Positions 37,001 through 49,698 of a stretch of DNA of 64,000 bases are shown here, piece by piece (the first letter of the stretch is position 1; each line of letters starts with the position of its first letter). The stretch comes from Eukaryota sp. GEM-RC1 (lineage: Eukaryota). The DNA is taken from the NCBI GenBank assembly GCA_040285855.1, contig JAUFOQ010000001.1, positions 2,232,001 through 2,296,000 on the forward strand. The letters are read 5' to 3'. The position numbers were made by a program, and so were the translations under genes. The notes beneath the pieces are model-generated. The model did no database searches and was not told the DNA's origin. It saw nothing but the letters and a program-made list of their open reading frames with translations.

Positions 37001-37329
37001 TTGGAGAAGCCGCCTTCCACAGAGGATGGGGGTCTGTCTCCAGCATCATCTCCGCCTTCCAAATTGGATGAGGGAGATGAGCTTCCGCCCTCCTTTTGAA
37101 GGAGAGGGACTACGAATGCCTGAAACAGGACTTATATCGGTAGAAGTCGAATCTTATGAGCTGGACTCATAGAATCTGCGGTTAGACGAGTCTTCACTAG
37201 AAGGACTCATGGTTTCACCTTTTTACCATGGACAATAATTATTGATACCTTCAGCACAAAGGGAAAGGGAAAGATATTTATAAATGAATTATAATGACTA
37301 CGTAACTATACTAATACCTTTGGCTAACA
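31094..37329 (-). mobile_element. Full-length but decayed Ty3/gypsy LTR retrotransposon C, same family as B
   Basis: LTRs 31094-31186 (93 bp) and 37243-37329 (87 bp), TG...CA, differing by 1 substitution and a 6-bp indel; TSD ATCC; fragmented PR/RT/RH/IN ORFs highly similar to B. Confidence 0.95.
36921..37045. repeat. Three ~40-bp tandem repeats in the 5' ORF of element C (RPPSSVEGG units)
   Basis: TTGACTGCCGCC..GGATGGGGGTCTTAC.TCC repeated; related units at 48720-48840. Confidence 0.8.
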
Positions 37330-37581
37330 ATCCACATGAAAATACTGACGCTTCTAATGCCGAATGTGATACTTGCGCCCGTGTCCTCCGTGTTATTTAT
37401 AGTGTTGCCGAAGCTAGCGGATGCGCTGTCGCTTGTTCTCCTACAGGAACATTTATGGCTGGTTTGTTCAACTTCTACATCTCTAATCTTAGCGTGTAAT
37501 GCTGGTTGCAATGCTCTCCTCCAAGGTGCATGTCCTTCCGATTGCACAAGAGCAGCCTGTAAGTGGTTCAATTTTTGCTAG
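37330..37581 (+). pseudogene. 3' part of the secreted Cys-rich, saposin-like protein gene
   Basis: ECDTCARVLRVIY...GCAVAC, then one +1 shift near 37450 to WLVC...ACNAGC...ACPSDCTRAACKWFNFC*. Confidence 0.65.
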
Positions 37582-39239
37582 ATGGATTCATTTTTTGTAC
37601 TTATACATTGTAGAAATAAATTTGTTTGTACATTGTAATGGTCATGACATCGTTGGAAATTGATCCCCATCTATTAAATCATTTAATGTGTTCAAACATC
37701 AGCATAATCTCCATTTCAATGAAGAAACTTCCGGGATTCTCATAAATACTTCATTTCTCTTAAACTAACAGTTATTTACGAACTTGTCTGTTTGCATTAT
37801 AGTCACACTGAGAAAATTTATGGTCTAATGTTTTTGTAATGTGAAGTACAGTAGATTATGAGGACCAAATTGGCAGTGATTTTTAAATTTCACAGATTTA
37901 CAAAGTGTTATGTTTTAAATTCAAAATCTTTCAAAACTTGAACTTTGGGATCACTTGTGAATACGTTTGTCCCGATATTGTATGTCTTGTATACATCACA
38001 GGTGGCTGCTGAGTCACAGTGAAGATTTTGTTGGATCACTTTTTCCCAAAATAAACAGGACGGACAATTGTTGATCAATTTAATCCTCTAGTAAATATAC
38101 AAAAATTGTACTTTAAAGAAATTATTAGTCCATCAAAGAGTGTCGATATTTCAAAAAATTCGGGAAATGAAATTGAACTGCTGTGGATTTTGTTTCGGAT
38201 GCTTATCAAGAATTTTCACTCCTGATTCCCGATTTCTAGTCTTTCATTTTTGTCAAGCTGCTACGCCTTAAAAATATGGTCTTTTACTGAACTGCCTCAA
38301 GGGATGGACTTCGGCTTTTTGATGATGTAGTCGTAACCAACTTGCCGAAGTTCCGTTAGCACACAACTTCTGATACCCGAGTTCGTGTTTTTTATACTTA
38401 AGAAGAAGAATTTTTGTCCACAGTCCTTGTCAAGAATTGTTGCACCAAGATTGTAATGTAATGGACGAAGAGTAGACTGTATTGCTACATTAGAATTTTT
38501 TTCTCTGATTGATCATAAACCCTGTTTTTTCTACATTATACTACTGAAGTACTAGAGATATAGGCAATAAATAAATTTATTTATTGTCAAATTTGACAAT
38601 ATCAATATATGTATTGTGGTGTTGACAATATCATATATTAATTGTAAACCCACATGATTTCACAGGATCCTTACACTTCTTAATGTACAAATCACAGGAT
38701 GAAAATGTCCACGTCATACACGAGAGAAAGTAGCGACGCTACAAGACGATAGAACCCACGTCATTTATCTCTTACATAGTACCTAAGACCAACAATAATT
38801 ATTGAGGCCTCTGCACAGAGCTTCAATGTGTATGTATACCGGAGCACTTTACTCCTGGAAACAATCCTAACCAAAGTCCTAGTTCCGACCTGGACTCTAA
38901 ATAAAACCCTAGTTCCGACATAGGTACCACTAAGCATCACTGGATCTTTTCTGCAAATCAATGCCGGCCCTGGCACTTTGATAAAGATTATCACTGAATG
39001 TACGGAAGAGCAGGTCAGTTCGCTAATGCTAAAATATCCAAAGAAACCAACTGTCCAGCTAAGACCAGCTATGATGAATCGATCTAAACCCGCTGAAGTT
39101 GTTGAGGCAATGTCTTCTAACCCAGCAATAATGGCTGAGCTGGGCTCAATCAAGAAGTCCATCTTGCTGCTCAATGACCAGCTGAAGGTCATTCATCACC
39201 TTCAAATGAATACCGAAGAATAAATGGATCAGCTATTTG

Positions 39240-39320
39240 ACTATGCTTTGCAACCATTAGATGCTCGAATTACTCACAGCTTTAAAGCGCAGTACCGTCA
39301 TTTGTTATTGACTCATATAA
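39240..39320 (+). pseudogene. pogo/Tigger DDE transposase fragment
   Basis: ALQPLDARITHSFKAQYRHLLL (QPLD..I...FK..YR motif). Confidence 0.6.
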
Positions 39321-41239
39321 TCGATGTACACACGTCACAATTGCTGACAAAATCGCCAATCAGAAAAGTGTTTCTCTGATACGGCGAATTCTGGAATCTG
39401 AACTTGAACAGATCTTCCTTCTTTATCCATATTCCACTGTGAGTACTTTCTGCTATGCATCAGAAACACGTGTCTCTCATTTGTTTTCTGTATTTCTGGT
39501 AGTAGTAAGAATATTCCAGAACCCCCTCCTCTCTTGAATAAAAGATCATCAAACAAACCATTTTAAGTCACTTTGAAGTTTTTAATTAATTTTAGCTAAA
39601 TTAATTGATGAGTGATGACGAATCTTTACAGGTGTTGGAAATTTCTTCCAACACGTCCGTGAAGAAGAACAATACAACGACAAAGGATTTAAAGTTCTAA
39701 AAGAGAGGCAGAATTTGGATGGACGCTTCGTTTCGGAAATTTCCAATGTTTAAAAAAATGTCGCATAATTCTTAAGAAGCGGATCACTGTGAGAATTGTA
39801 CTGAGCGAGAAGAGGTAAACTTAGCAAAATCGGAGACTGCATCATCAGACACGTCATCATTTGTGGAATTGAAGGGAGAAAACAAGGAAAAAGTAGGCGG
39901 AACGATCACAGCGATGTCTTTGATTAAGGAAGAAGTTCAATGTAAATACGAGAAGAAACGCTTGAGTTAAGTGTAGAAGTTGAAGTAAAGAAGAAACTAT
40001 GGCCATTTGAATTGCCATCGCAGATATCTTGTAAGAAGAGGGTTTCTTCAAAAAAAGCGTACATTGGAATCAGATGTTATGATAACATCTTACAGTATAG
40101 AGAGACATTGTTATAGGATCATGATGTATAAAACAACATTACTTATACCACTGGCTAAATATGGGTTCTTTGAATCACGTTATCAACATATAATTCGACA
40201 GTGACGTGCTTATACACATTAACACCTCACAGTTTCAGGATCACTTCGATTGTTGTGTCAATTCTTCGTAAAGATTAATGAAATCACATCTGCCGGCAGA
40301 ATGATCATGTCTCAGCTTCCAGTGAACTCCAGCTCACAGCCACGTGTTGTATTCGATCATAGCGTCATCTTCACATTGGATTTGCCCAATGATCATGTGT
40401 TCACATATGACCAGGATTCTAAACAAAGTGATACAATCCAATCGTCACTGCAGATAAGCAAGTACGAAAGAACTTCGATCTTAAGTACAAGCTCATTGTG
40501 GCACATTATGCAGAGTTGCACAACAACAATTCAAGAGCTGCTAAACAATTCAATGTAAAAAGTATTTATCATTTTTTCAGTCGATTCTACAGTACAACGT
40601 TGTCAGAGATTGATTTATCAGATAACGAATAGCAAATTCTAATACTCAAATTTCATGAACATATTCGACACGTAACGGCGTTCTTTTGGCCTTGACACGA
40701 ACTACCAGCACACGAAACCCACAAAAGCACACTTATTGGCAACACAATCATAGAACTTTACAGAATGGCTTTCTTTTTTTTTACTTGCGAATGTGAAGTT
40801 TAAAATCTGGAATTTCACTTTCATTTCCACATTTTATATAATATGGAACGAAATTTTAGTAAAAAGTGGAAATGTAATGATGTGCCAAATGTGGAAATGG
40901 AAGTGGAATTGAGATCGAAATGTGGAACAAAATGTGTAATTTATTCAAAATGGTTCAATAAAATGAAATGAAGCCTAAATTTTTGTAGTTGTATTGTTAA
41001 CAGTGGTTGAATCTGATAAAAGACAATAATGTAACAACTAACTATTAATTTAAGAATCAAATTTGATTTAGACCACTTTGTTACCACGCTGTCATTACGT
41101 GGCACTTAGTCTTTAAGACCCCAAAGACAATTGGACACAACTTTCAGTTGGTACATAAATGACATTGAAGTTTACATTTCAGTTTGAGTTACCTATGAAA
41201 CAGTATCTACTGATTCTTCCGCTGCTGTTTCACCTGCAG

Positions 41240-42586
41240 CAAAAAGGAAGAAAAAATCTATATCAGCTGTTTGGAACTACTTCCGAGGCTCACCATCTGG
41301 TAAAGTTGAATCCTGTACAATTTGTCGCCGTTGAAAGATTTTCGATCGAAACTCTGCCCGTAAAGAAGAAATGAAAGACTTCGTACGAAAATCTCCAGGT
41401 TCTGATTCTTTGGCTCTCGACTATTAGACATCCTCTAACGGAACTCCCTTTCTTGGTGTTCCAATTCACTTCATTGGTCCAAATCATAGGACTGTCCAAA
41501 GTTCGGTTCACAAATTGGTTCCAACTGGTCTGAACCAGTGTTTTTTTAAAACTCTTGTTAGTGGTAAAAATAACTTTTTCGAACATATACTCTATTGAAC
41601 ACTGTGGTCACAATGTGAGAATCTAAATGAAAAAATCAATAAATAAGTGTACTGTAGGATTATTCTTGAAATTCTTGTCCTCTAATGGCCCTTAACGCTA
41701 ATCCTCCTCCAGAGTTTTCATCTCCTGCTTCACCTCAGGAAGCATGGATTTGGAACTGTTTCACCCGCCTTGTGGACAAACGTGCTCGCTGCAACGCTGA
41801 AGGTTTGATGTTTAGAAATACAAAGAACCTTATGCAGTAAACACAGGGAATGGTACTATTGTACTATTTTAAGATATCTTTTGAATCTAGCTTGGAAGAT
41901 AAAGAATTGTTTATTCCGTCTGAGACGAAGATATCTTTACCGAACCAGCTACAAAGTGCAGTAGAAGAGAAAAATCAGAAAAGGAAGAGTTTAAGTTGTA
42001 TTGTGTTGAGTCATTAGTTCGTCAAAGCTATGACGCTGTTGAATGGTGGAAAAATGAAGGATCGAAAAGGATCCCATTGTTAGCAAAACGAGCAAGAAGT
42101 GTTTGATCTGTACAGGCAACTTCAGTACCTTCTCAGCAGCTGGACGAACCATAAATGACAAGCGAGCATCGTTAAATGACAGTAGTGTTTCCGCTTTAGT
42201 GGGTCATAAGTCATTGATGAAATTCTTCAAGGCAGAAAGTTCAGTGGAACACAATGAAGCAGTGGAACATGAGTCAAAAATGAATCAAAAGAAGTGTTCA
42301 AGGTGCCCATCCATCTTTAGTTTTAGTACTGTTGAGTTTTGGATGTGTTTCTGAAAATATAAATATAATGATTATGATAAATAATGAAAACCAAAATCAT
42401 ATGTAAAAATACTGTGTTTTTTAGTATCTTCACTTTTGTTATTCAGTGTTCTTTTTTTCAAAAGAAGTTACAGATGTTATTGAAATTGAACAGACCGGTT
42501 CAAGTTCAAGTTCCGAAAAGTCGGGAACCGAACCGGTTTAGGTTTTAAAGAATTGAAGACAGTGAACCGAACTGTGGACAGCCCTG
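41240..42586 (+). mobile_element. Decayed hAT element with its right end
   Basis: BED-like SAVWNYF...CTIC; C-terminal dimerisation segment DAVEWWK...PLLAKRA...AAGRTINDKRASL; GAACCG subterminal repeats; terminus ...TGGACAGCCCTG at 42586. Confidence 0.75.
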
Positions 42587-42990
42587 TTGGCAAACCATGA
42601 TGTTATTTCATTTCCTCTGGACCTGGCACAGTGTCAGCATCATCACACAGATGAAGCAACAGCAGCGTCTGTGAAAGAGATTTGCGCAGAGTTTGATGTT
42701 CAGGAAAACTTTGCCATAGTCACTGACAATGGTGCGAACGTTGTGAGCGGAGCCAATATCCTCAAAAACGAAGGGCTTTACGCATAGCCTCGTCGATGTG
42801 TTGCACATGTCTTGAACATTGTTGTCAAAGGATGTCATGATTTTTTGAAGAAAATATTCAAAAAGCGCGAAAAGTTCTCAATATACGAAACGCATCAGTT
42901 TTCAAGCAGGAGTATGATGCTTTCTGCCGATCTCAAGGACTGTTAGATGGAAGAAAAAATATCTTTGGAAGCCGTTGCCAAAGATAAGAT
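42587..42990 (+). pseudogene. Second hAT transposase core fragment
   Basis: HHT...IVTDNGANVV...RCVAHVLNIVVK. Confidence 0.8.
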
Positions 42991-43359
42991 GGCTTGTCCT
43001 GCTTCACGTGACTACTCGGATTTTTTGACGCTACACATATCAACACTTATCCTAAAGGTACGTAATGAAACTTTTTTAATGAAACTCAACAAGTCCGACT
43101 CTTCCTGCAGGAGTGGCCGATTTACTCTTCTGTAGTTCCAAAAAGGATCTGATCTCTCCTAGACTTCTGGCAGATCCGTTTCTTGCCGAATCTACTGCCC
43201 TTTACCGAGGCCAGCGATGGCTTACTAGGGCAAGTAGATAGAATAGATATAACAGAAGCTCAATATTTATTGTTACTCAAGGCAAGCGTTAACAAGGGTA
43301 ATACATTTTTTCCGTTCCTTGTTCAAAGGGTTATAAAACCTAAAGTTATTTCCGTTTTC

Positions 43360-43560
43360 CAAGAGGATCTTTATTCCATTCCAGTTGATTTCAACTCTCT
43401 TTCTGAAGATCTTCCTCCATTTAAATTCAAGCCCCGTAAAAGAACCAGAGGTTCTCGTAATTTCTGTGGTCATTGTCGTAATATAAAATTTGAGCCGGCT
43501 CCCATCTATAGTGGTCATTGTCGTAATATAGGTCACAATCGTCGTACAACCCACTTCTAA
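43360..43560 (+). pseudogene. MULE C-terminal fragment with a partly duplicated zinc knuckle
   Basis: LPPFKFKPRKR...CGHCRNI...GHCRNIGHNRRT; 20-bp direct repeat GTGGTCATTGTCGTAATATA. Confidence 0.55.
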
Positions 43561-44429
43561 AGAATGATGAAGACGCTGCGGTAGTTGTGGGAGCAAATGA
43601 TGTTGTTCTACTTTGTTGCCAGATTTGCCACCAATCTTAGTTCCTTACGAGATAACAGTAGAACAAACGAGCGTCTACTTGACCATTGTTCACCACACGG
43701 TATCTATTTACCTCCTCGAGAAAGTAAGAAGAAGTAGTGTTGTCAGATTTGCCACGTGTTAATTTGTTATGTTGTTTGTTTTGATCTTATAAACTCTCTT
43801 TCGCCTTTCTATTTTTGGCCAAAAGGTAACAACATCTTCCTATTTGTGATCTAAGTCGTGCTGTTAGTACCGAGTCCAGTAGTTTATGTTTGTTTTGTTG
43901 TAAGTCTGTCTCTGGGTTAAATAGAGCTCATCGTCATTTCTTAGTATGCGATTTTTGCATACCAGTTGACCCTTGTAGACCTCCATTTTTGATCGCTTTG
44001 TTTGTCGCTCCAGCTTCGTCTTCTGTCTTAATTACTTTCATCCGCTCCTTAACTTTTCAGTTGAAAAAGGGGCTCTTGGAATCCTGCATTCTTATGGAAG
44101 CCTAAGTTTTTGAAATAAATTATAAAAGAGCTGTAAAAGAGCTGTGGTACTGTTGATCAGGAATTTTCGGTGTCTAGTGTTTCATAGCTTTTATTATGAT
44201 ATCTATTTTGTGGCCTGCATAGATAAACTTGTTTCTTTATTTAGCAAACAATTATCTAAAATCTTCAAAAATAGCTGAATGAAGAAAATTACTTTCATCA
44301 TACAGAGCAAAACAAAAGGAGATATTAGTTGAACAATCAATTCGAATTTATGATAAAAATTCTGAGCCGTCTTAAACTCAATAGAGAATCCAAAAGAAGG
44401 GTGATAGATTTGCGAAACTCTGTTGATTT

Positions 44430-44590
44430 GAGGGTGGATGCCGACGTTGAAGCGAGGTTCAGCGTAGGCAAGGAGTTCAGAAGCGAGGATCATGACTGAG
44501 GTTGTTCCGTCACCAACTTCTTCATCTTGGGTTAGCGTTAGTTCGATCTTAGTTCTGGAAACGGGAAAAACGACGTCGATTTCACGAAGT
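44430..44590 (-). pseudogene. Second CCT/TCP-1 chaperonin fragment
   Basis: LREIDVVFPVSRTKIELTLTQDEEVGDGTTSVMILASELLAYAEP..GIHP. Confidence 0.8.
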
Positions 44591-46448
44591 GATCGTCATT
44601 GATGATTTGAGGATTGGGTGATCAACAAGGAGCTTAAACTTAGAGAGAGAAGAGAACAGAAGGTCACCAACAGTTTCAGCTTCGCCAATGATATAGAGCT
44701 GAGCTTTGTCTCGGTGTGGAAGTGGAACTGTTAGTGTATGTAAGATGAATAGATGGAGAAAGGGAACGTCATTGCGGGGCAATTGTGAGCGGATCTAAGA
44801 GGTGTAAGATGTTGTTGTCAGAAAACACAGTCTAAGGCCATGACGATAACGATTCGATAAAGATGTTCATAGAATTGCAGATTTGTTCAGTATAATGGTG
44901 TTATGTTATGATAACATTACTGTACTACTTATGTAAAACCAGGAGCTACCGATGTCTACTCTCTTCTTGAGTTCTCTCTGTTGCTTATCATATATATCCG
45001 TCCTTTTGTTCATATTTCAGTCATCCTATGTGTCTTTTATAGCTATGCCTTTGTGTTGCAATATCATCAACAAGATGATTGATAAAGGGTTGCGGCTGAA
45101 CTCTAGCACAGAAAATTGTTTCTACATGGACGATCTGACAAACCATTCTGTTACTTCTTAGGTATACAATGCCGACGATCCGTATCTTCGACACTCTTCA
45201 TTCTACATTGGTTTTTCTTTCAGTTCCTCTGAAGTCACTTCCTCTCTGTTAACCTTGACATTCAGCTCGGGATCTGGATCTCTTGAAGATGTTGTAGCTA
45301 TATTCTATCATTGGTTTTGAAAAGATCAAATTAGAGTCAGACTGTCCACGGATCAAGAGCCGACGTCTAGTGACTTGATCTAGTGAACGAAGAAGTTCTT
45401 CTCCGACATCAACGTTTGCTCTCTAGTCATTCCTTCTGTCCACTTCCTGAGTCTTACTAGTTCTTGAATCCTCTACTCTCTTCTCTTATCATAGTTGCCT
45501 TGTTCATTTCATTTCTTCTGATTGACCCGTTGTGCTTTTTGATCTTTCCCTTTCCATACGGCTCATCAAATTGCATCCATTGCTTCTGGTCTGAGTTTTT
45601 CACACAAAATCGAAACACACAGAAGCGTTTAATATTCTTTTTGTAGTCTTTATTCGATAGCACATGAAGATCATTTACTAATAGGTAATGGGCAAATAAT
45701 GTGACGGAACGCAAGTATTTTTGTCGTCAAGACGCGTCACATCGTGAAGTACGTATCTGTTTTAATGTGTATTCTTATGCAACCATGATCGTGATTAAGA
45801 GATGAGTATCCATCTGTCATTTACTGTTATTCTTTCTATGCCATCGACAACTTTAAAACTGTTTATTTCTGAAACTAAATGTTATTCTTCAACCAAGAAC
45901 TAAGACATAGAACTGTTTGAACCGATAAACTACCAAGTCTGTTACGTTTCTTTAATTCAACTTGTAACATTTAAATAAAGATTCTTAGTTTATAAACATG
46001 TTGTACATTTACTGCTTCAAGTTCATGTTCTAAACTGTCAGAAATATTTTCAATATGTTTTCTGTCGTTTTGTGAAGGCAACTATACCATAATTAAATAA
46101 TTACCATTCAATAAAGTTCCTTTCAGTTGACATGACTTGTATATTGACACTTGCTTTTCTACAAAGATGGGGTGACTGCTGAAATCATAGAGAGACCAAA
46201 TTCATCAAAGCGTATCTTATTTCTGGTTGACAGGATTTGCTTCAAATTAATCTTGATGATTATCGTTGTATCAAAATGTAGCGATGGAGAGTGAGTTATA
46301 CAACGAGAATTCTTGAACTCTATGAACTCAATGTACTGTTCAGGAGATTCAAATTCATAATTGGTTTCTAGTTAGGTCCTTGGTTTTTAGACATGATGTT
46401 TTGGGAAGTGTAGTCTGGCTTAAACTAAAATTTAAAATCCCACACACA

Positions 46449-48100
46449 ATGGAATGTATTGTATGCCTTGAGAAGTTCTTTGCAAACACAAAGATTCCCT
46501 TCATAATCTGTGAAGACGCACATACAGTATGTTCTCAATGCTACTCTAAGTTGAATAAATGTCCGACGTGTCGCCAAAACGTACTCAACAACCCTAAAGT
46601 CAACTATGGCCTACTTGCTCTCCTTGGAAGTCATTGAACGAGGAGACTTATTCAACGAGATCGATAGTTCCGAATTTCAGTCATTGGATGTTGCTAATGA
46701 GGCTTCTATCATTCCCGGTCTCTGGAACGGGTTAGAAATCGACCTTCAGTGGTTCCCATATTCCGATAAGATCGTCAACCAGCTTAAGAAGCAACATCAG
46801 TTGTTTTCCAATCATCGCAATCCTGGTTTACTACACCTTTTTGGAATAACGTTTCGTGACGATTATGTTGGTACCGTATCTGAGCGTGTATCATCTGATC
46901 TTTCCCTACCAACTCTACTCTCTCATAAATCTTTGGGTCTAGCAAGAAACGCTTGTGAAATCGTCCAATTCTTCCACTCACAAGACATCAATCTAAAACA
47001 CTTGAACCCCTCTGTGTTTCGAATCTGTGATAGTCGTCTAAAGCTCTCATCTGCTGTCTTTGTGTCTTCCCACTTTCCTTCTACCAATGATTCTTTCCAA
47101 AAATACTGTGCACCTGAGCTCTCTAACGATGACACATCTGTTGCTGCCGATATTTACTCTCTCGGAGTCCTTCTCTATGAAATGCTTTCATCACGATCCT
47201 TCCCCTCCTCTGACATCACTCTTACTTTCCCCTCCACATTTCCAAATGATTTACAAATGCTTATACAATCTTGTATCGATCCTGCTCCTTCCAAGCGACC
47301 GTTAATCTCCAAAGTCATTAGCGTTATTAGTTCTGCTTACAATAATCACGTGACCAAGGATCCTGCCAGTTTCCCCTACCAAGTTGCTGATCTACAACGA
47401 CAACTTCACACATCTGAACGCGAATCTAAACTTCTCCAACGCAACAATTCCATACTCGAACAGAAAATCGAATCATTAGTCCAACGGAATTCTAATCTTT
47501 CTAACGAGCTTAAATCAACCTTTTCAAAGTTAGAGTCTGTTGAAAGTGAATTAAGTAACCTAAACAACTTAGTTAAAAATCCAGGAACACCTGTCCATCC
47601 TAGACTTAAATCTCTTGTCCAAGCGTCTTCTTTTGGTCCATGTTTGATGGCAATGGGACCAATAATTTCCATTGATTCGGAAGTTTCCTCTTTGGAGACA
47701 GCTGAGTGGTCGTGATTTTGAGCACACTGATGTTCCGTGTGGAATTCCTGATATACTTATGATTGTTCGAACTGAGAACAACACTTTATTTGGAGGCTAC
47801 TTTCCAAAAGGATTTGATCGAGCGGATTTGAATATTTCCATATCAGCAGTAACTTTCCTATTTCATCTAGCTCCCCTTCGGCTCAAGGTTTTCCCTGTTA
47901 AAGTTGCCGGAGTAACTGGTGGATTTTCAGTTGGAAGGTATATCTCACCTCCGTATGGAGATTTAATTCTTGCCAGTGGGGGATACGGTAAGGAGAATCT
48001 TGGGGTGGTGTATAGAGGAAGTCCTGGAGAATTGGTTCCTGAGATTGATTTTGTAATTGAAACTGTGGAAATTTACCAATGTAGACTCTCTATGAAGTAG
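46449..48100 (+). CDS. RING finger - pseudokinase - coiled coil - TLDc-like protein, copy 1 (frameshifts at ~46626 and ~47680)
   Basis: CIVC...CEDAHTVCSQC...CPTCR RING; YCAPE and DIYSLGVLLYEM kinase C-lobe without HRD/DFG; heptad region; LMIVRTENNTLFGGY...FLFHL...VEIY resembles TLDc. Confidence 0.8.
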
Positions 48101-48639
48101 AAGTTCAGGGTCTGGTTTTCTTGTAATTTGGGGTTGTTTTAAATCTGTCTTGAGTGTATCTCTATACTATTTCCAGTAAATCAGCAAAAGGTACTGTTAG
48201 GTTAAAACAAACTATTAGTGCTGACAATATGCGTCATCATCCGAACAACACCAATTGACTTTCATCAAAACCCAATCAATTGATGATCCACTGCTAGCAT
48301 GTCGTTTATAGGCAATAACTGCTGATCTGAAAATATGTTTATCACATAAATCTGCATTGTGGAAAAGACTTAAACTGTTGTTAGATGAAGACTCGCTAAA
48401 ACACCCAAAACACATCAAACCAGGCTTGTTAACTGATAAAAAACAACGTTTTTAATAATTCCAACGTATTCTATATTCTGGATCGACACTTAAGGCATAA
48501 CTTCGAACTCCAATTCTATCATATTTTATATTATTTTCTTATATATGTAGTTTCTTAACCAACAAGACTGAAAGAAGACAACAACAGCAATGGCCAATTA
48601 TGGCAGTGTGTGCTTTTCACGAGATTCTTACATAAGTTA

Positions 48640-49049
48640 GTTTCGGCTGAAAAAGTGGTAGAGTAATGTTGCTGGTAACCTCCAGGAGGTCTAAACTTGT
48701 TCAATAAGACTCGATGTCAAAGACTGAGGAAGTAGAGCCTCCTTGATTGCCGCCTTCCGTAAAGGATGGGGGTCTTATACCAGTCTTATCTCTGCCTTCC
48801 GAAGATGGGAGAGAAGGACTTCCGCCTTCCGTATTGGATGACGGATCAGGGCTTACACCGGATGACGAAGAAGAAAATGAGGAGGAGCTATCAGAAGCAT
48901 ATTCCGATGAGCTAACTTCCTCAACTTGAGGCCTAGAGTTAATGTCTTGTCGTCTTTTCACCATAAGACAATAATTATTGATACCTGTTGGTGAAAGAGG
49001 TAAGATAAAGGTGTTTATAAAGTGAAATTATCCTACTTGATACTATACA
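48640..49049 (-). mobile_element. 5' fragment of LTR retrotransposon D (LTR ~48979-49049, leader palindrome, start of ORF)
   Basis: LTR ends GGTATCA like C and contains TTTATAAAC; ORF MVKRRQ...TGIRPPSFTEGG is homologous to the B/C N-termini; outer LTR boundary approximate. Confidence 0.8.
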
Positions 49050-49641
49050 ATTAAGTGGACGGGGATGATGTTATTGAAGTTAGATGTGCTTTTGATTCAA
49101 ACAGGCTTAATAACACTCCAATGGTGTAAATGTGCGGTTTTTCAATACTGTTGTTCAACTCTCATTGTTTGCAATTTCTTGGGAACATAAAGATGAGACA
49201 AACATGCACTTTATTTCTCTCCGTTTTCGATCTAAGAACGAGTTATGTTCAATTAGAAGGACAGCGACCGTATCTCTTTCAAATCAATATCAAATCAATC
49301 TTGCTCTATAAGATCTATCTCATGTTCAACTGAATGAACAAATATGTCGCTTGAAAAGATGGATACACCACACGAGTACTACTTGAAGAGTTATAAGACA
49401 TGTTGCTATAAGAATGAAACTAGTAGTAATGCGTTTTTGCCTAATCAATGATGTGTTTTCAATGCTGCAGTATGTGGCATTAAAATGGAGATGGGTGCTG
49501 CCAAAAAAAAATGTGAGTGACTGCTGTGAGACAAGTGGATGTCTCCAGGTTTAGAAACTGATCTGAAACTATATCAAAACAATAGACAAAGATTAATTTC
49601 TTCTGTACATAATTTTTAGGGTGTAGTTCTCTTACGACATA

Positions 49642-49698
49642 CAGACAAACCTCTATAATTTCTCACCTTTGGGCCGAGAAATTATAGAGGTTTGACTG
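49642..49698. mobile_element. 57-bp minimal MITE (Tc1/mariner-pogo type)
   Basis: 23-bp TIRs CAG(A/T)CAAACCTCTATAATTTCTC with 1 mismatch, 11-bp spacer, TA on both sides. Confidence 0.85.

Noticed and set aside
36921..37045. Repeats as a CRISPR array
   Set aside because: Contiguous coding tandem repeats without unique spacers, in a eukaryotic retrotransposon
47683..47701. 19-nt GT..AG micro-intron repairing the TLDc frameshift in copy 1
   Set aside because: The acceptor AG is GG in copy 2, which has the same frameshift
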